From Parcubacteria group bacterium (GTDB lineage: Bacteria; Patescibacteriota; Minisyncoccia; Moranbacterales; GCA-2747515), in the NCBI GenBank assembly GCA_041660065.1, contig JBAZXC010000001.1:72535-136534 (forward strand): 64,000 bases of DNA, read 5' to 3'. The stretch's first letter is position 1, and each line of letters starts with the position of its first letter. The position numbers were made by a program, and so were the translations under genes. The notes below the pieces were generated by a model, which did no database searches, was not told the origin of the DNA, and worked only from the letters and a program-made list of their open reading frames with translations. Below are positions 10,878-20,106 of this stretch, one piece after another.

Positions 10878-10975
10878 GTTAGTCCAATATAGTACAAAAA
10901 AATAATATAGAAATGTTAAAAAATTGGAATGCAAAATGTGCTATAATACAAACATAATTTTTTCTTGAAACATCT

Positions 10976-11257
10976 ATGCAGATCAAAGAATTATTGAATC
11001 AAGGGCGTGATATATGGGGTGATCAAAAATTAACACTTTCGCAGGTCATTGTGCGTATGGGCAAAGTTTTTGGTGATCTGTGTCGATGGGAGCGTAATGC
11101 TAGTAAAGATCGGCAAATGCATACGGATGAAGAAATCAAAAAAGAACTTGGCAATATCATCTTTTCAACTATTCGCTGGTGTGACGATCTGGGATACGAT
11201 CCGGAAGAATGTGTGCAGATCGCAATCGATTGTCAGAAGAAATTTCCTAAATTATAA
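10976..11257 (+). CDS. MazG-like pyrophosphohydrolase domain protein
   Basis: ~90 aa all-alpha protein with a MazG-like acidic helix pattern; weak call. Confidence 0.4.
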   Translation: MQIKELLNQGRDIWGDQKLTLSQVIVRMGKVFGDLCRWERNASKDRQMHTDEEIKKELGNIIFSTIRWCDDLGYDPEECVQIAIDCQKKFPKL

Positions 11258-11276
11258 TAGACCATTTAATTTCTAT

Positions 11277-11346
11277 GTCATCCTGAACTTGTTTCAGGAT
11301 CTCGCAATTATATCTTGTATAGATGCTGAAACAAGTTCAGCATGAC
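11277..11346 (+). terminator. long inverted repeat / terminator-like hairpin
   Basis: 24-nt arms GTCATCCTGAACTTGTTTCAGGAT / ATGCTGAAACAAGTTCAGCATGAC are near-perfect reverse complements, 22 nt apart. Confidence 0.4.
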
Positions 11347-11412
11347 AAAATCCTGTTTCAACTATTTCTTGAGTAAAAAGAAAAAATGACATTTATATTA
11401 CCTAACTATTAA

Positions 11413-11877
11413 GTGGTTACTATGAAACATCGTATTCGTGCTGCAGCGATCATTATAGATGAAGAAAAGATCTTACTCATAAAACATGTACATCCCGTGA
11501 CTCAATTTACCTGGTGGGTCCCGCCAGGTGGCGGTGTTGAATTGGAAGACGCATCAATTATTGATTGTGTGAAACGTGAAGTATTTGAAGAAACAGGATT
11601 GCAAGTGGATGTAGAATCAGATCTCAGATTTATACGAGAATTTTTTGATAAGACGTATGATACGCTCAATATAGAAATCTTTTTTGACGCACGCGTCGTC
11701 GGTGGCAATTTATCGATGGAACATATCGCAGGAAATGGCGTTGATGAAGACTTTATCAAGGATGTAAAATGGTGCACGATCGCAGATTTGCAAAACGTCA
11801 TTGTTTATCCCGAAATTCTCAAAGACAATTTTGGCAGAAATGCAAAAAATATTTATCTTGGCAGACAAAGGGGTTAG
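11413..11877 (+). CDS. NUDIX hydrolase
   Basis: Nudix box GGGVELEDASIIDCVKREVFEETGL. Confidence 0.75.
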   Translation: MVTMKHRIRAAAIIIDEEKILLIKHVHPVTQFTWWVPPGGGVELEDASIIDCVKREVFEETGLQVDVESDLRFIREFFDKTYDTLNIEIFFDARVVGGNLSMEHIAGNGVDEDFIKDVKWCTIADLQNVIVYPEILKDNFGRNAKNIYLGRQRG

Positions 11878-11903
11878 CTTTTTTAGGGAGAGAGGTGTGA
11901 ATA

Positions 11904-13079
11904 TTATTGATTGATCTGCAGTTTGATCGATTTTGCGTAGTCGAGAAGGTGTGAAGAGAATGTTGCTGTCGTGGCATTCTTTTTTTTGTGTTTGTCCAGA
12001 GCGAGGTTGATGAGTTTTTGCAATAGCGTGTGAATATCTGTACCGCTTGCTTTCCATAAATGATGATACAATGTGCCGGGCATCGTGTTGATCTCATTTG
12101 CATACAATGTCGCATTTTTTTTGTCGTAGAGAAAATCAACGCGTGCGATGCCACTACATCCGAATAGTTTGTAAATTTCTACAGCCATATCTTGTACGGT
12201 TTTGGTCGTTTGCTTGTCGATGCGCGCAGGGATCACGATACTGCTTTGATCGTTGCCGAGCTGTGCGCCACCGTTTTCGAGATATTTTGCTTCATAACTG
12301 AAGTGTTCTCCGGCAAATGTGGATTCTTGTACGAGAGAGGGAACTGGTTGTGCATTTCCGAGAACCGCACAGGTGATATCCATGAGATTTTCCACGCTTT
12401 CCTCCACAATGATGCGTGTGTCATAATGTAGTGCGACTTCGCATGCATTGAGCAATTCTGCATCATCATGTGCTTTTGCAATACCGATGGACGAGCCAAG
12501 TCGTGCGGGCTTGATAAATACCGGCCAGTGTAAATTTTTGATCTGTGCAAGCACGTGATCTCTGTCGGCGTCCCAATCATCCTGTGTAAAATATGTAAAT
12601 GCTGTTGTGGGGATCTGTGCGCTTTTGTAGAGTTGCTTGGTGATGATCTTGTCCATGGTCATCGCGGAACTTGCGACATCGCAGCCGACGTAGGGGACAT
12701 TGCTCAATTCAAAGAGGCCTTGGATCGTGCCGTCCTCGCCATTCATGCCGTGAAAAGCCGGAAAGGCCAGATCAATGACTGTTTCTTTGGAGAAAAGACT
12801 TTTGGTTTTGATGATTAGGGTATTGTTCTTTGCATTGCAGAGAATCTCGCATGGAGGCATGTTTTTCAGCGTATCGGTAAAATCTTTCTGCGTAAAAAAT
12901 TTGAGCGAACCGATATCGTCATGAGAAAACCATGTGCCGTCCTTGTCTATATAGACAGGCACGACAGTATAGTTGAGTTTTTTGAGTTCGGCAATGATCA
13001 TTTGCCCGGTGATGATGGATACATCATGCTCGGGGTTTCTACTGCCAAAAAATACGCCAATTGTTAAATTTTGAGACAT
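11904..13079 (-). CDS. ddl: D-alanine--D-alanine ligase
   Basis: ATP-grasp Ddl N-terminal pattern (IGVFFGSRNPEHDVSIITG); length matches. Confidence 0.85.
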   Translation of the reverse strand: MSQNLTIGVFFGSRNPEHDVSIITGQMIIAELKKLNYTVVPVYIDKDGTWFSHDDIGSLKFFTQKDFTDTLKNMPPCEILCNAKNNTLIIKTKSLFSKETVIDLAFPAFHGMNGEDGTIQGLFELSNVPYVGCDVASSAMTMDKIITKQLYKSAQIPTTAFTYFTQDDWDADRDHVLAQIKNLHWPVFIKPARLGSSIGIAKAHDDAELLNACEVALHYDTRIIVEESVENLMDITCAVLGNAQPVPSLVQESTFAGEHFSYEAKYLENGGAQLGNDQSSIVIPARIDKQTTKTVQDMAVEIYKLFGCSGIARVDFLYDKKNATLYANEINTMPGTLYHHLWKASGTDIHTLLQKLINLALDKHKKKNATTATFSSHLLDYAKSIKLQINQ

Positions 13080-13090
13080 AGTGTGTATGA

Positions 13091-14455
13091 TTAAAAATAA
13101 TTATCAGTGAGGTCATTTTGAAAAATGATCGTGTCGCCACGACGGAGCACATTTTGCAGGTCATCGTGGGCGGCCTGTGTTGTGGGATATATTTTGTAAT
13201 TTGTAAATCCGTTTTTTTTCAAACTGTCGATGATGTATTGTGTTGCTGTGTTTTCGATCAGCAGTACGAGGTCGACATTTTTTGCATAAAGCTCTCCAAT
13301 AGTATTATGCACTGTTTTGGCATACGAGCCAAGCTCGACAAGTCCCGGCGTCAACACCACTTTTCTCCCAGTTGCTCTGCCCAAAACAGCAATTCCGCTC
13401 TGGATGCCATTGATATTTCCATTGTAACTGTCATCGATAACCATGATATCGGTTGTGGTGTTGTGGATCGGTTGCAATCTGTGAGGAATGTGTTCGATCT
13501 TGGATACACCGCGTTGCATATCTTCGAGTGATAGTGAGAGTTCTTGCGCGAGATGGAGGCATAAAAGGATCAACGTGACGTTGTGTTCTGCGAGGAGGAT
13601 TGTGTGAAATGGCGTACCATGCCACGAGAAATTCCAACCGCCAAAGTTTTCTTTTGCGCAAATGTTTTGTGCTTCTGTAAGGGAAACGGTGAGAGTATTT
13701 TTGAGAGAAAAGCGTTGAACGTTTTGTTTTATGATCGCATCATCAATGTTTAGCACGGAGAGACCGCTCGTGTTTTGTGGTAACTCGAATTTCGTTTGAG
13801 TGATCTTTTCGATACTGCCAAATCGTTCGATGTGGGATTGATTGATGCCGGTGAGAATAGAATATTGCGGTTGGACTATGTGGCAGATCGTCGCAATTTC
13901 TCCAGTGTGATGCGCTCCCATCTCGATGACAAACACATCGTATTTTGCGAGAGCGTCTTTGTTTTTTATGATAAAGTCGGCAATCCCGATGTCGGTATTG
14001 ATATTTTCCGGTGTTTTCAATACGGTGTATTTTTCTGCAAGGATCGTTGATAGAATTTCTTTTGTGCTGGTTTTGCCATAGCTTCCTGTGATGCCGATCG
14101 TGATGAGATTGCTTCGTGCAATGATGCGCTTTGCCTTGTTTTTTCTTGCATATTTCACTAGTGTGTCACATGGCTTCATGACAAAAAGTGCCATGCAAAG
14201 AATGATCGGCAGTATGATGATGAGAATGGGGAGGATAAAAAGCCATTGCAGTGCGTAAATGTATAGTGGCATGATGAATACACCCCAAAAGAGCATGACT
14301 GTTATGATCCACAAAACAGAGGCTTTTGTCGTCCAAACGATTTTTTGTCTTTTTTCCAACTGCCACCACAATGGATGTGTGTATGCAAAATTCAAAAACC
14401 GCTTACAGTCGTAGTTTTCGCTTTGGAGGATGTAAATGAGGTTTTTGAGGATCAT
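13091..14455 (-). CDS. murF: UDP-MurNAc-tripeptide--D-Ala-D-Ala ligase (Mur ligase family) with N-terminal TM extension
   Basis: Mur ligase P-loop GITGSYGKTSTKE; adjacent to ddl. Confidence 0.75.
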   Translation of the reverse strand: MILKNLIYILQSENYDCKRFLNFAYTHPLWWQLEKRQKIVWTTKASVLWIITVMLFWGVFIMPLYIYALQWLFILPILIIILPIILCMALFVMKPCDTLVKYARKNKAKRIIARSNLITIGITGSYGKTSTKEILSTILAEKYTVLKTPENINTDIGIADFIIKNKDALAKYDVFVIEMGAHHTGEIATICHIVQPQYSILTGINQSHIERFGSIEKITQTKFELPQNTSGLSVLNIDDAIIKQNVQRFSLKNTLTVSLTEAQNICAKENFGGWNFSWHGTPFHTILLAEHNVTLILLCLHLAQELSLSLEDMQRGVSKIEHIPHRLQPIHNTTTDIMVIDDSYNGNINGIQSGIAVLGRATGRKVVLTPGLVELGSYAKTVHNTIGELYAKNVDLVLLIENTATQYIIDSLKKNGFTNYKIYPTTQAAHDDLQNVLRRGDTIIFQNDLTDNYF

Positions 14456-15213
14456 ACAATTGCAGTTAAAAATAGATCGTCAAAAGCGTCAGAATTGTCG
14501 ATAAACACATAATGCCCTGCATGAGGAATGACGTGCAATTGAGAATTTTTGATCAGTCGCTCCATCAATTTGCCGTTTTCGAGCGGTGTTTCCGTGTCAT
14601 TTTCTCCCCAGATCAGCACTGTGGGTACAGTGATCTTTTGCAGGCGTTGTGTCAGGTCGTCAGTAATAATTTTTTGATATGTTTCGGTCAGTACGCCTGC
14701 GTGCAGATAATCCTCGGAGTCAATTTTTTTGTAAAACCATTTTCTCACGGAGTTTCTTAGTGTGCGCATACCCGGCAATGCAAATGGGATCTTGAAAATT
14801 TTTGCGATGATATAGAATCCGTATTTTTTTATATTTTTTTTGCGGATGCCGGCACTGCCGATCAAGATCAGCTTCTTGACGAGATTGCCGCGCGCGCAGT
14901 AGACGATGCCGATACTGCCGCCAAAAGAATGTCCGGCGATGATGGGATTTGTGATCTGCAATTTCTCTATGAAATGTGCAACAAAATCGACATAGTCATC
15001 CAGCGACCATGCTGTGGATGGCGTGTCACTCTCGCCAAATCCCGGCAGATCGACTGCGATCGCATTGGGACATTTTTGGAGCGTCTTGGCGAAGTGTGAT
15101 GCTTGTGATTGCCACCCATGGAGAAAGAGCAATGTATCTTGCGGATCAAAGTTTTCTGTGTGATAGTAGGTTGCACACATACCATTAATGATGATTTGTC
15201 GCTTGTTAAGCAT
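14452..15213 (-). CDS. alpha/beta-fold hydrolase
   Basis: HGW oxyanion motif and GHSFGG nucleophile elbow. Confidence 0.7.
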   Translation of the reverse strand: MLNKRQIIINGMCATYYHTENFDPQDTLLFLHGWQSQASHFAKTLQKCPNAIAVDLPGFGESDTPSTAWSLDDYVDFVAHFIEKLQITNPIIAGHSFGGSIGIVYCARGNLVKKLILIGSAGIRKKNIKKYGFYIIAKIFKIPFALPGMRTLRNSVRKWFYKKIDSEDYLHAGVLTETYQKIITDDLTQRLQKITVPTVLIWGENDTETPLENGKLMERLIKNSQLHVIPHAGHYVFIDNSDAFDDLFLTAIV

Positions 15214-15383
15214 GATCGTAATGATTTATAAGCTCTCTTCATGATGCCATAATTTGTTGTGCGGGTCAAAAGAAAAAAATGTAAATAATCATCTTTCTCT
15301 AAAAAACACCTTTAAGATTTCGTCGTTTTTCCTCGCAAAGACGTGTATTTTGTGAGATAGCTGATTGGCTTTTGGAAAAAAGT

Positions 15384-15419
15384 GAATAATTACAAAAAAA
15401 TTCTCCCACAAAATGCTTT
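15384..15419 (-). terminator. rho-independent terminator (minus strand)
   Basis: TCTCCCACAAAA-TGC-TTTTTGTGGGAGA stem; on the minus strand it is followed by a T7 run. Confidence 0.55.
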
Positions 15420-15447
15420 TTGTGGGAGAATGTGATGAATGATCTGA

Positions 15448-15678
15448 TCATTCCGGGGAGCCGTTCGGATCATGCTTTTTGTAAAAGATTGCAATGACGA
15501 TATCTCCATCGGCGCTCCTTCTTGTCATGAGTCTCTGTGTGACATAGATTTTGTTGCCCATTTTTTTGAGCCAAATGTTGATATCTGACATAAGATTAAG
15601 CAAACTACCATTTTCAAAAATCATCATTTGTTCCATGAAAGAACTCCTTTTTAGTGTTGGAAGAGTATTTACATACAA
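15448..15678 (-). CDS. hypothetical small protein
   Basis: 76-aa ORF whose start overlaps the stop of the upstream ORF; no recognisable motif. Confidence 0.3.
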   Translation of the reverse strand: MYVNTLPTLKRSSFMEQMMIFENGSLLNLMSDINIWLKKMGNKIYVTQRLMTRRSADGDIVIAIFYKKHDPNGSPE

Positions 15679-16073
15679 TCTCCGCAGAATGGTTCGAGGA
15701 TGTGCAGAGGTACCAATTCCAATGTAACGGGTTTTTCATCCGTAAGGGGATAGAGCATGGGACCAAAACAGCCGGATTGAGAAATGGTCGTAATGCATTT
15801 TGCGCCGTCTTCGTGTTCAAAATATACTGCGAGGCGATCTGTAGTATCCTCGATCCTAATTGGTCTGCATATACGCAATCCTTTTTCCAATGTACCGCTG
15901 CATACGATGAGTGATTCATTATAATCCGTGAGCATCATGAACAAATCATCCGTCTTGGGATGTTTCGCCAAGAATGCACAGATTAGTTCCGGATCCAATT
16001 CTTTTTGCAACACGTAGACCCCGTGCTCGCTCTGTGTGAGAGGGTATACTTTATTAAAAAGATCATTAGGCAT
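15669..16073 (-). CDS. hypothetical protein (134 aa, Cys-containing C-terminus)
   Basis: Perfect AAGGAGG RBS 7 nt upstream of the ATG; no recognisable family. Confidence 0.45.
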   Translation of the reverse strand: MPNDLFNKVYPLTQSEHGVYVLQKELDPELICAFLAKHPKTDDLFMMLTDYNESLIVCSGTLEKGLRICRPIRIEDTTDRLAVYFEHEDGAKCITTISQSGCFGPMLYPLTDEKPVTLELVPLHILEPFCGDCM

Positions 16074-16175
16074 AGAGACCTCCTTATTATTGAGTGAATG
16101 GATGAGATATAACGTTGTTAAAGAATCACTGTACTGTACTACAAAACTATGGATTTGGTCAAGGTTTTTTTATAT

Positions 16176-16209
16176 ATAAAATAAAAGGAGCAGATTATAA
16201 ATCTGCTCC
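16176..16209 (-). terminator. rho-independent terminator of rtcB (minus strand)
   Basis: GGAGCAG-N9-CTGCTCC hairpin followed on the minus strand by TTTTATTTT. Confidence 0.6.
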
Positions 16210-16228
16210 TGCAAAATTCTCTAGCCGT

Positions 16229-17728
16229 CTAATACACGATCACGCTCACCGGTTGCATCTTGGCGACGACGTGTGCGATGCCGTTTGCTTCGACGCCTTC
16301 GATGACGCGATTGATGTTTTTGTACCGTGCGGAGTCCTGGTTGACGACGATGGATGATTTGGCGTTATAGAGGCGTACGCCTTTTTCTTCCATTTTGGCA
16401 AAGAGCTCTTCTTTGTTGGTGATGGATTTTTCATTGATATTTTTGCCTTTGCCGGTTCCGTGCGGTGCGGAATAAAAACTTTCTGCATTACGGTCTGTGC
16501 CGACGCATATGTACGCATCAGTGCTCATGGACGAAGGGATAAATACCGGCTCGCCTGTGTCACGGTAGACGGGATGGTGTTGCATTTTGCTCGGACCATA
16601 GGCGCGGGATGTATTGTTGCGGTGTACCCATACGTCTTTGTCAAAGTGGTTTTCACGCGTGATCGAAATGTGAGGGAGATCATAGATGAGATCCATCTGT
16701 GGATCACGGTTGAGCGTTTTTTTGATCGTTTGGGAAATATTGTGCGCAATCACGGCACGGTTTGCCGTGCCAAAGTTTGATGCGGCGGCGCGTGCATTCA
16801 TATAAAGCTCGCCGTCAGGTCCACATGCATCATAGGTGAGCAATGATTGGTCGCCGGACATGTGTCGTGCGACTTTCTTTTGCATCTTTCGGTAGATCTC
16901 TTTTTTGGTCGAGTTGAATGTCATGCGACCGAGTGCGACCATGATCGCTTGTGAGAGATGTTCGCGTTTTTTTGCGGTGTGGGTGTACATGGTGTATTGA
17001 CCCAAGATGCCGGAACCCGTATGGATCATAAAAAGATATTGTCCTTTGGCGATGCCGAATTTTTCTGCGATTGTTGGGTCGATGATGTCGGTCACTTTCA
17101 TGAGATCGAGGAAATGATTGCCGGCGGCGCCGAGAATACCGAGGCGATATTGCGCAAAATGTAAATAGAGGCGGGGAATCGCGTCAAAAATATCTTGTGC
17201 CGTCATTTCTCTATCAAAGAAATTCCCGCCACTTTGTGTATTGGACAATTCATTTCGTGTGGTGATGCCAAAGTGATCGATCGCAACCGATGTGCCCTTG
17301 CGGCAGATGTCCACGATCGTATCAAATGGCGCATATGTGCCAACGAGTTTTTTGGTAGGGACTGTCTCAACGAGCTGTTCAAATAGCATCCGTATCTCTT
17401 CCGGTGATATATTGTCTTCGGTAAGAGATGTCTTGAGCAGGCGCATGCCACAGTTTGGGTCGGAGTCATTGACTTGTGGGAGGATATATTTATCCGATAC
17501 GATCGTTGTGCCGGAAGCGTTCTTGCGCCCGGGCTTGGAGCACACATCAGGCAGTGCGACTGTGTAACGGAAGAATATGTCTTTATTTGATGCGATGTTT
17601 TCGACTTGAATAAATGTTTGTTCTTCCGGCAAAATATCTTCGCTCATGAAAAATTGCGCCGGAACGGACATTTTTTCTGTCTTGAATTCGTGTAAATGTT
17701 CGGATTTTTTAGTGCAATGTGTTGACAT
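16229..17728 (-). CDS. rtcB: RtcB-family RNA ligase
   Basis: RtcB-like motifs PDVCSKPG, NCGMRLL, HTGSGILGQ, APHGTGKG; ~500 aa. Confidence 0.7.
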   Translation of the reverse strand: MSTHCTKKSEHLHEFKTEKMSVPAQFFMSEDILPEEQTFIQVENIASNKDIFFRYTVALPDVCSKPGRKNASGTTIVSDKYILPQVNDSDPNCGMRLLKTSLTEDNISPEEIRMLFEQLVETVPTKKLVGTYAPFDTIVDICRKGTSVAIDHFGITTRNELSNTQSGGNFFDREMTAQDIFDAIPRLYLHFAQYRLGILGAAGNHFLDLMKVTDIIDPTIAEKFGIAKGQYLFMIHTGSGILGQYTMYTHTAKKREHLSQAIMVALGRMTFNSTKKEIYRKMQKKVARHMSGDQSLLTYDACGPDGELYMNARAAASNFGTANRAVIAHNISQTIKKTLNRDPQMDLIYDLPHISITRENHFDKDVWVHRNNTSRAYGPSKMQHHPVYRDTGEPVFIPSSMSTDAYICVGTDRNAESFYSAPHGTGKGKNINEKSITNKEELFAKMEEKGVRLYNAKSSIVVNQDSARYKNINRVIEGVEANGIAHVVAKMQPVSVIVY

Positions 17729-17847
17729 GATTTTAATTTTATGATAAAAATATTCATTGGCTTCTTTATGAGATTTATGGTATCACAATCATAGCGAAAA
17801 ACCAATGACAGATGATCATTTTTCACAAAATTTTATAGGAGAAATTT

Positions 17848-18174
17848 ATGAAAAAATCATTTTTTGTTCTTTTTTTCCTTCTCAACCTCTTATTCTCTCA
17901 GGTGTGCGTGGTCACGGCAGAAGAGATCCCTCTCGGTAAAACGGGGGCGTTTCAGATCAATGATGAAACGTGGCGCGTTCATTTCAAAAAAATGGAAGGC
18001 CGTGTCTGCCGTGTCGATCTGCAAAAAATCGATGGGGAGGCAGTTGTTTTTTCTGAACCTGTCACATTTGATTTTGCGAGAGAGGAACGATATATCTGGA
18101 AGTCGGGCGTCAAGCTCACGATCTTCTATGTCCAAAAAGGGGTGATCGTTCTCGTGAATGGGGAAGAAGTGTGA
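17848..18174 (+). CDS. secreted hypothetical protein
   Basis: N-terminal signal peptide (MKKSFFVLFFLLNLLFSQVCVVTA). Confidence 0.5.
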   Translation: MKKSFFVLFFLLNLLFSQVCVVTAEEIPLGKTGAFQINDETWRVHFKKMEGRVCRVDLQKIDGEAVVFSEPVTFDFAREERYIWKSGVKLTIFYVQKGVIVLVNGEEV

Positions 18175-18184
18175 TGTATGAACA

Positions 18185-18224
18185 AGAGGATGTTTTCCGG
18201 CAGTATCGGAAACATCCTCTTTTA
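18185..18224 (+). terminator. rho-independent terminator
   Basis: ~14-bp stem AGAGGATGTTTTCCG / CGGAAACATCCTCT followed by TTTT. Confidence 0.6.
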
Positions 18225-18225
18225 G

Positions 18226-18345
18226 TTTATAAAGTTGAAAGTCTGTGAAGTCCATAAAGTAGAAAGTCCATAAAGTCAAAAGTCCGTAAAGGTAAAAGTT
18301 TGTAAAGTAGAAAGTCCATAAAGTCCGTAAAGTTATAAAGTTTTT
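18226..18345. repeat. degenerate 16-17-bp tandem repeat array (AAGTCCRTAAAGTNRA-like, ~7 units)
   Basis: Repeated AAAGTCCATAAAGT / AAAGTCCGTAAAG / AAAGTTTGTAAAGT units visible by eye; non-coding. Confidence 0.6.
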
Positions 18346-18410
18346 TCGCAATAGGTAAATAGGTCTTGCTTTACGCGTGGTGAAGTTGTTCGATAGACTG
18401 AAAAATTCTT

Positions 18411-18435
18411 GTCATTCCCGTGAAAACGGGAATCC
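18411..18435. repeat. REP-like palindromic element copy 1 (GTCATTCCCG-N6-CGGGAATCC)
   Basis: GTCATTCCCGTGAAAACGGGAATCC; same family as the copies at 55.9, 56.3 and 59.8 kb. Confidence 0.6.
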
Positions 18436-18448
18436 AAAACCATTCTAT

Positions 18449-19591
18449 TTACAGTGTATTATAGAGTGTGATGTATTCTTGGGCGGATTTTTGGATGTTG
18501 AAGTTTTGGTGTGCGTATGCGGAAGCGTTTTTGCCGAGCGTTTCTCTTTTTTCTTTGTTCTCGTACAGGTCAATGATGGCAGTAGTCAATGCTTTTGGAG
18601 AGTTTTTTGGGATCATGACAGAATTTTTATCATTGGAAAACTCTTGTAGGATCGGCAGATCGGAAATAATGACCGGCTTGCCACAGGCCATTGCCTCGAT
18701 CACTGCCAGAGGGATATCGAATTTACCGCGCATGTCTGAGACCGGGAATACGCTTATGTCCGACAAGTTATAGATGTCACTCATCTTATATATGCCACTG
18801 TCATGAAATGACACCTTGTGGAGGAGGTTGTTTTCTTTGAGTTTTGCGATCACCCTTTTTTTCTTTTGGGCATCTCTTTCGTTCTTTACGCGGACAGCGA
18901 GGGAGAGGCGGGCGGAGGGGATCTTTTGCGCTACGCTGATAAAGCTCGTGATCACCGTGTCCATCGCGCCGAGGCGGATGTATTCTCCGGTAAAATTGAT
19001 GATGAAATCATCTTTCGTAAAACCGGAACTTTCCAGCAAAGTGTGATCTTTTTCTCGCGGTTGATAGTCGGTGAGATCTATGCCCGGGTAGATTTTGTGG
19101 ACATTGACCAGTCCCAGCGCTTTTAGTTTATTTTTCGCATAGTCCGAATATGTGGTGATGATATCGCCAAACATCATTTCTTTCATTTCCATATCGCTAA
19201 ACAAGTCTTCGCGGAGCGTGGCGACGGTTTGGATGGTTTTGGATCGGCCTTTCAACAAATTTTTGATGACCCATGAATTGCTCTTTGTGGGGGTAAAGAA
19301 ATAGTGTGTGATGTCAAAGGTATTTTTGTGGAAAAATTGAAAAAACAACGAGCGTATCTTGTCGGAAAGTTTAAAGTCTTTTTGTGAGTATTTGTAGATC
19401 CTCTCTTGGATGACAGTGGCGGGTAGTTCCGGCAGTTGTTTTGCTGTTATGAGATGGATTTCTGTGGCGGGTGAAACAGTGCCGATCTCTCTGGACAAAG
19501 CATAGGCAAAATTCTTGCTCGCCTCATCCCACGGGGGCGTGATCGGGCGGGAAACATAGAGGATTTTTCTAGGGTTTTGGGTCATTGACAT
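18449..19591 (-). CDS. glycosyltransferase family 1 (GT4-like)
   Basis: GT-B fold with a C-terminal EAMACGKPVI-type motif. Confidence 0.75.
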   Translation of the reverse strand: MSMTQNPRKILYVSRPITPPWDEASKNFAYALSREIGTVSPATEIHLITAKQLPELPATVIQERIYKYSQKDFKLSDKIRSLFFQFFHKNTFDITHYFFTPTKSNSWVIKNLLKGRSKTIQTVATLREDLFSDMEMKEMMFGDIITTYSDYAKNKLKALGLVNVHKIYPGIDLTDYQPREKDHTLLESSGFTKDDFIINFTGEYIRLGAMDTVITSFISVAQKIPSARLSLAVRVKNERDAQKKKRVIAKLKENNLLHKVSFHDSGIYKMSDIYNLSDISVFPVSDMRGKFDIPLAVIEAMACGKPVIISDLPILQEFSNDKNSVMIPKNSPKALTTAIIDLYENKEKRETLGKNASAYAHQNFNIQKSAQEYITLYNTL

Positions 19592-19635
19592 GTGATTAAA
19601 TTTATGCTATAATAAACAGTTGTTCGTTAATATAT

Positions 19636-19941
19636 TTGAAAAGATCAATTGAATCCATTATAGCACATAGAGTGTGCAAGGGAGGGATTATGTTTATACC
19701 TTATGCTATATTAAATCTGATAATGTTCATTGTTTTTACGGTCACTGGAAATTGTATTATTATTCTCTTAAACTTCGTTGTCGTTGTATTCGGTTATAGA
19801 GAACTTCCGTACGAATATCTCAGTTCTTATGTCACTTCTATTGCACTCTGTTTGATAATGGCGGTGGATTGTGTTCTCATGAGCCGCTCCGTGAAACCTG
19901 CCATAAGAAGTGGAAATTTAAAGAATGAAGAAAGCTTCTAA
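19636..19941 (+). CDS. small integral membrane protein, hypothetical
   Basis: Three hydrophobic segments; followed by a terminator. Confidence 0.4.
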   Translation: MKRSIESIIAHRVCKGGIMFIPYAILNLIMFIVFTVTGNCIIILLNFVVVVFGYRELPYEYLSSYVTSIALCLIMAVDCVLMSRSVKPAIRSGNLKNEESF

Positions 19942-19957
19942 TTAGACTTTCTTCAAG

Positions 19958-19997
19958 AACGACCTTATATTCATATATGAGGTCGTTTTTATTTTTT
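19958..19997 (+). terminator. rho-independent terminator
   Basis: ACGACCT ... AGGTCGT stem followed by a T-run. Confidence 0.55.
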
Positions 19998-20056
19998 CTC
20001 GAGTCGTTGCAGGAGCAGGTTTTACAACCTGTTCCTTTTGTTTATGCAAAACAAAT

Positions 20057-20106
20057 AGGAGGAGCGCAGTACAACTGTGCTCCTGCGAATTCGTTTTTAT
20101 TTTTTC
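20057..20106. terminator. bidirectional terminator hairpin (GGAGCNCAG...CTGNGCTCC family)
   Basis: AGGAGGAGCGCAGT-ACAA-CTGTGCTCCT followed by a T-run on the plus strand and a T-rich tract on the minus strand. Confidence 0.5.

Noticed and set aside
18226-18345. Possible CRISPR array
   Set aside because: Units abut each other with no unique spacers, they are degenerate, and no cas genes are nearby.
17890-18351. Minus-strand 153-aa ORF spanning the tandem repeat array
   Set aside because: Low-complexity translation of the 16-17-bp repeat; it overlaps a signal-peptide gene with better context. Treated as spurious.
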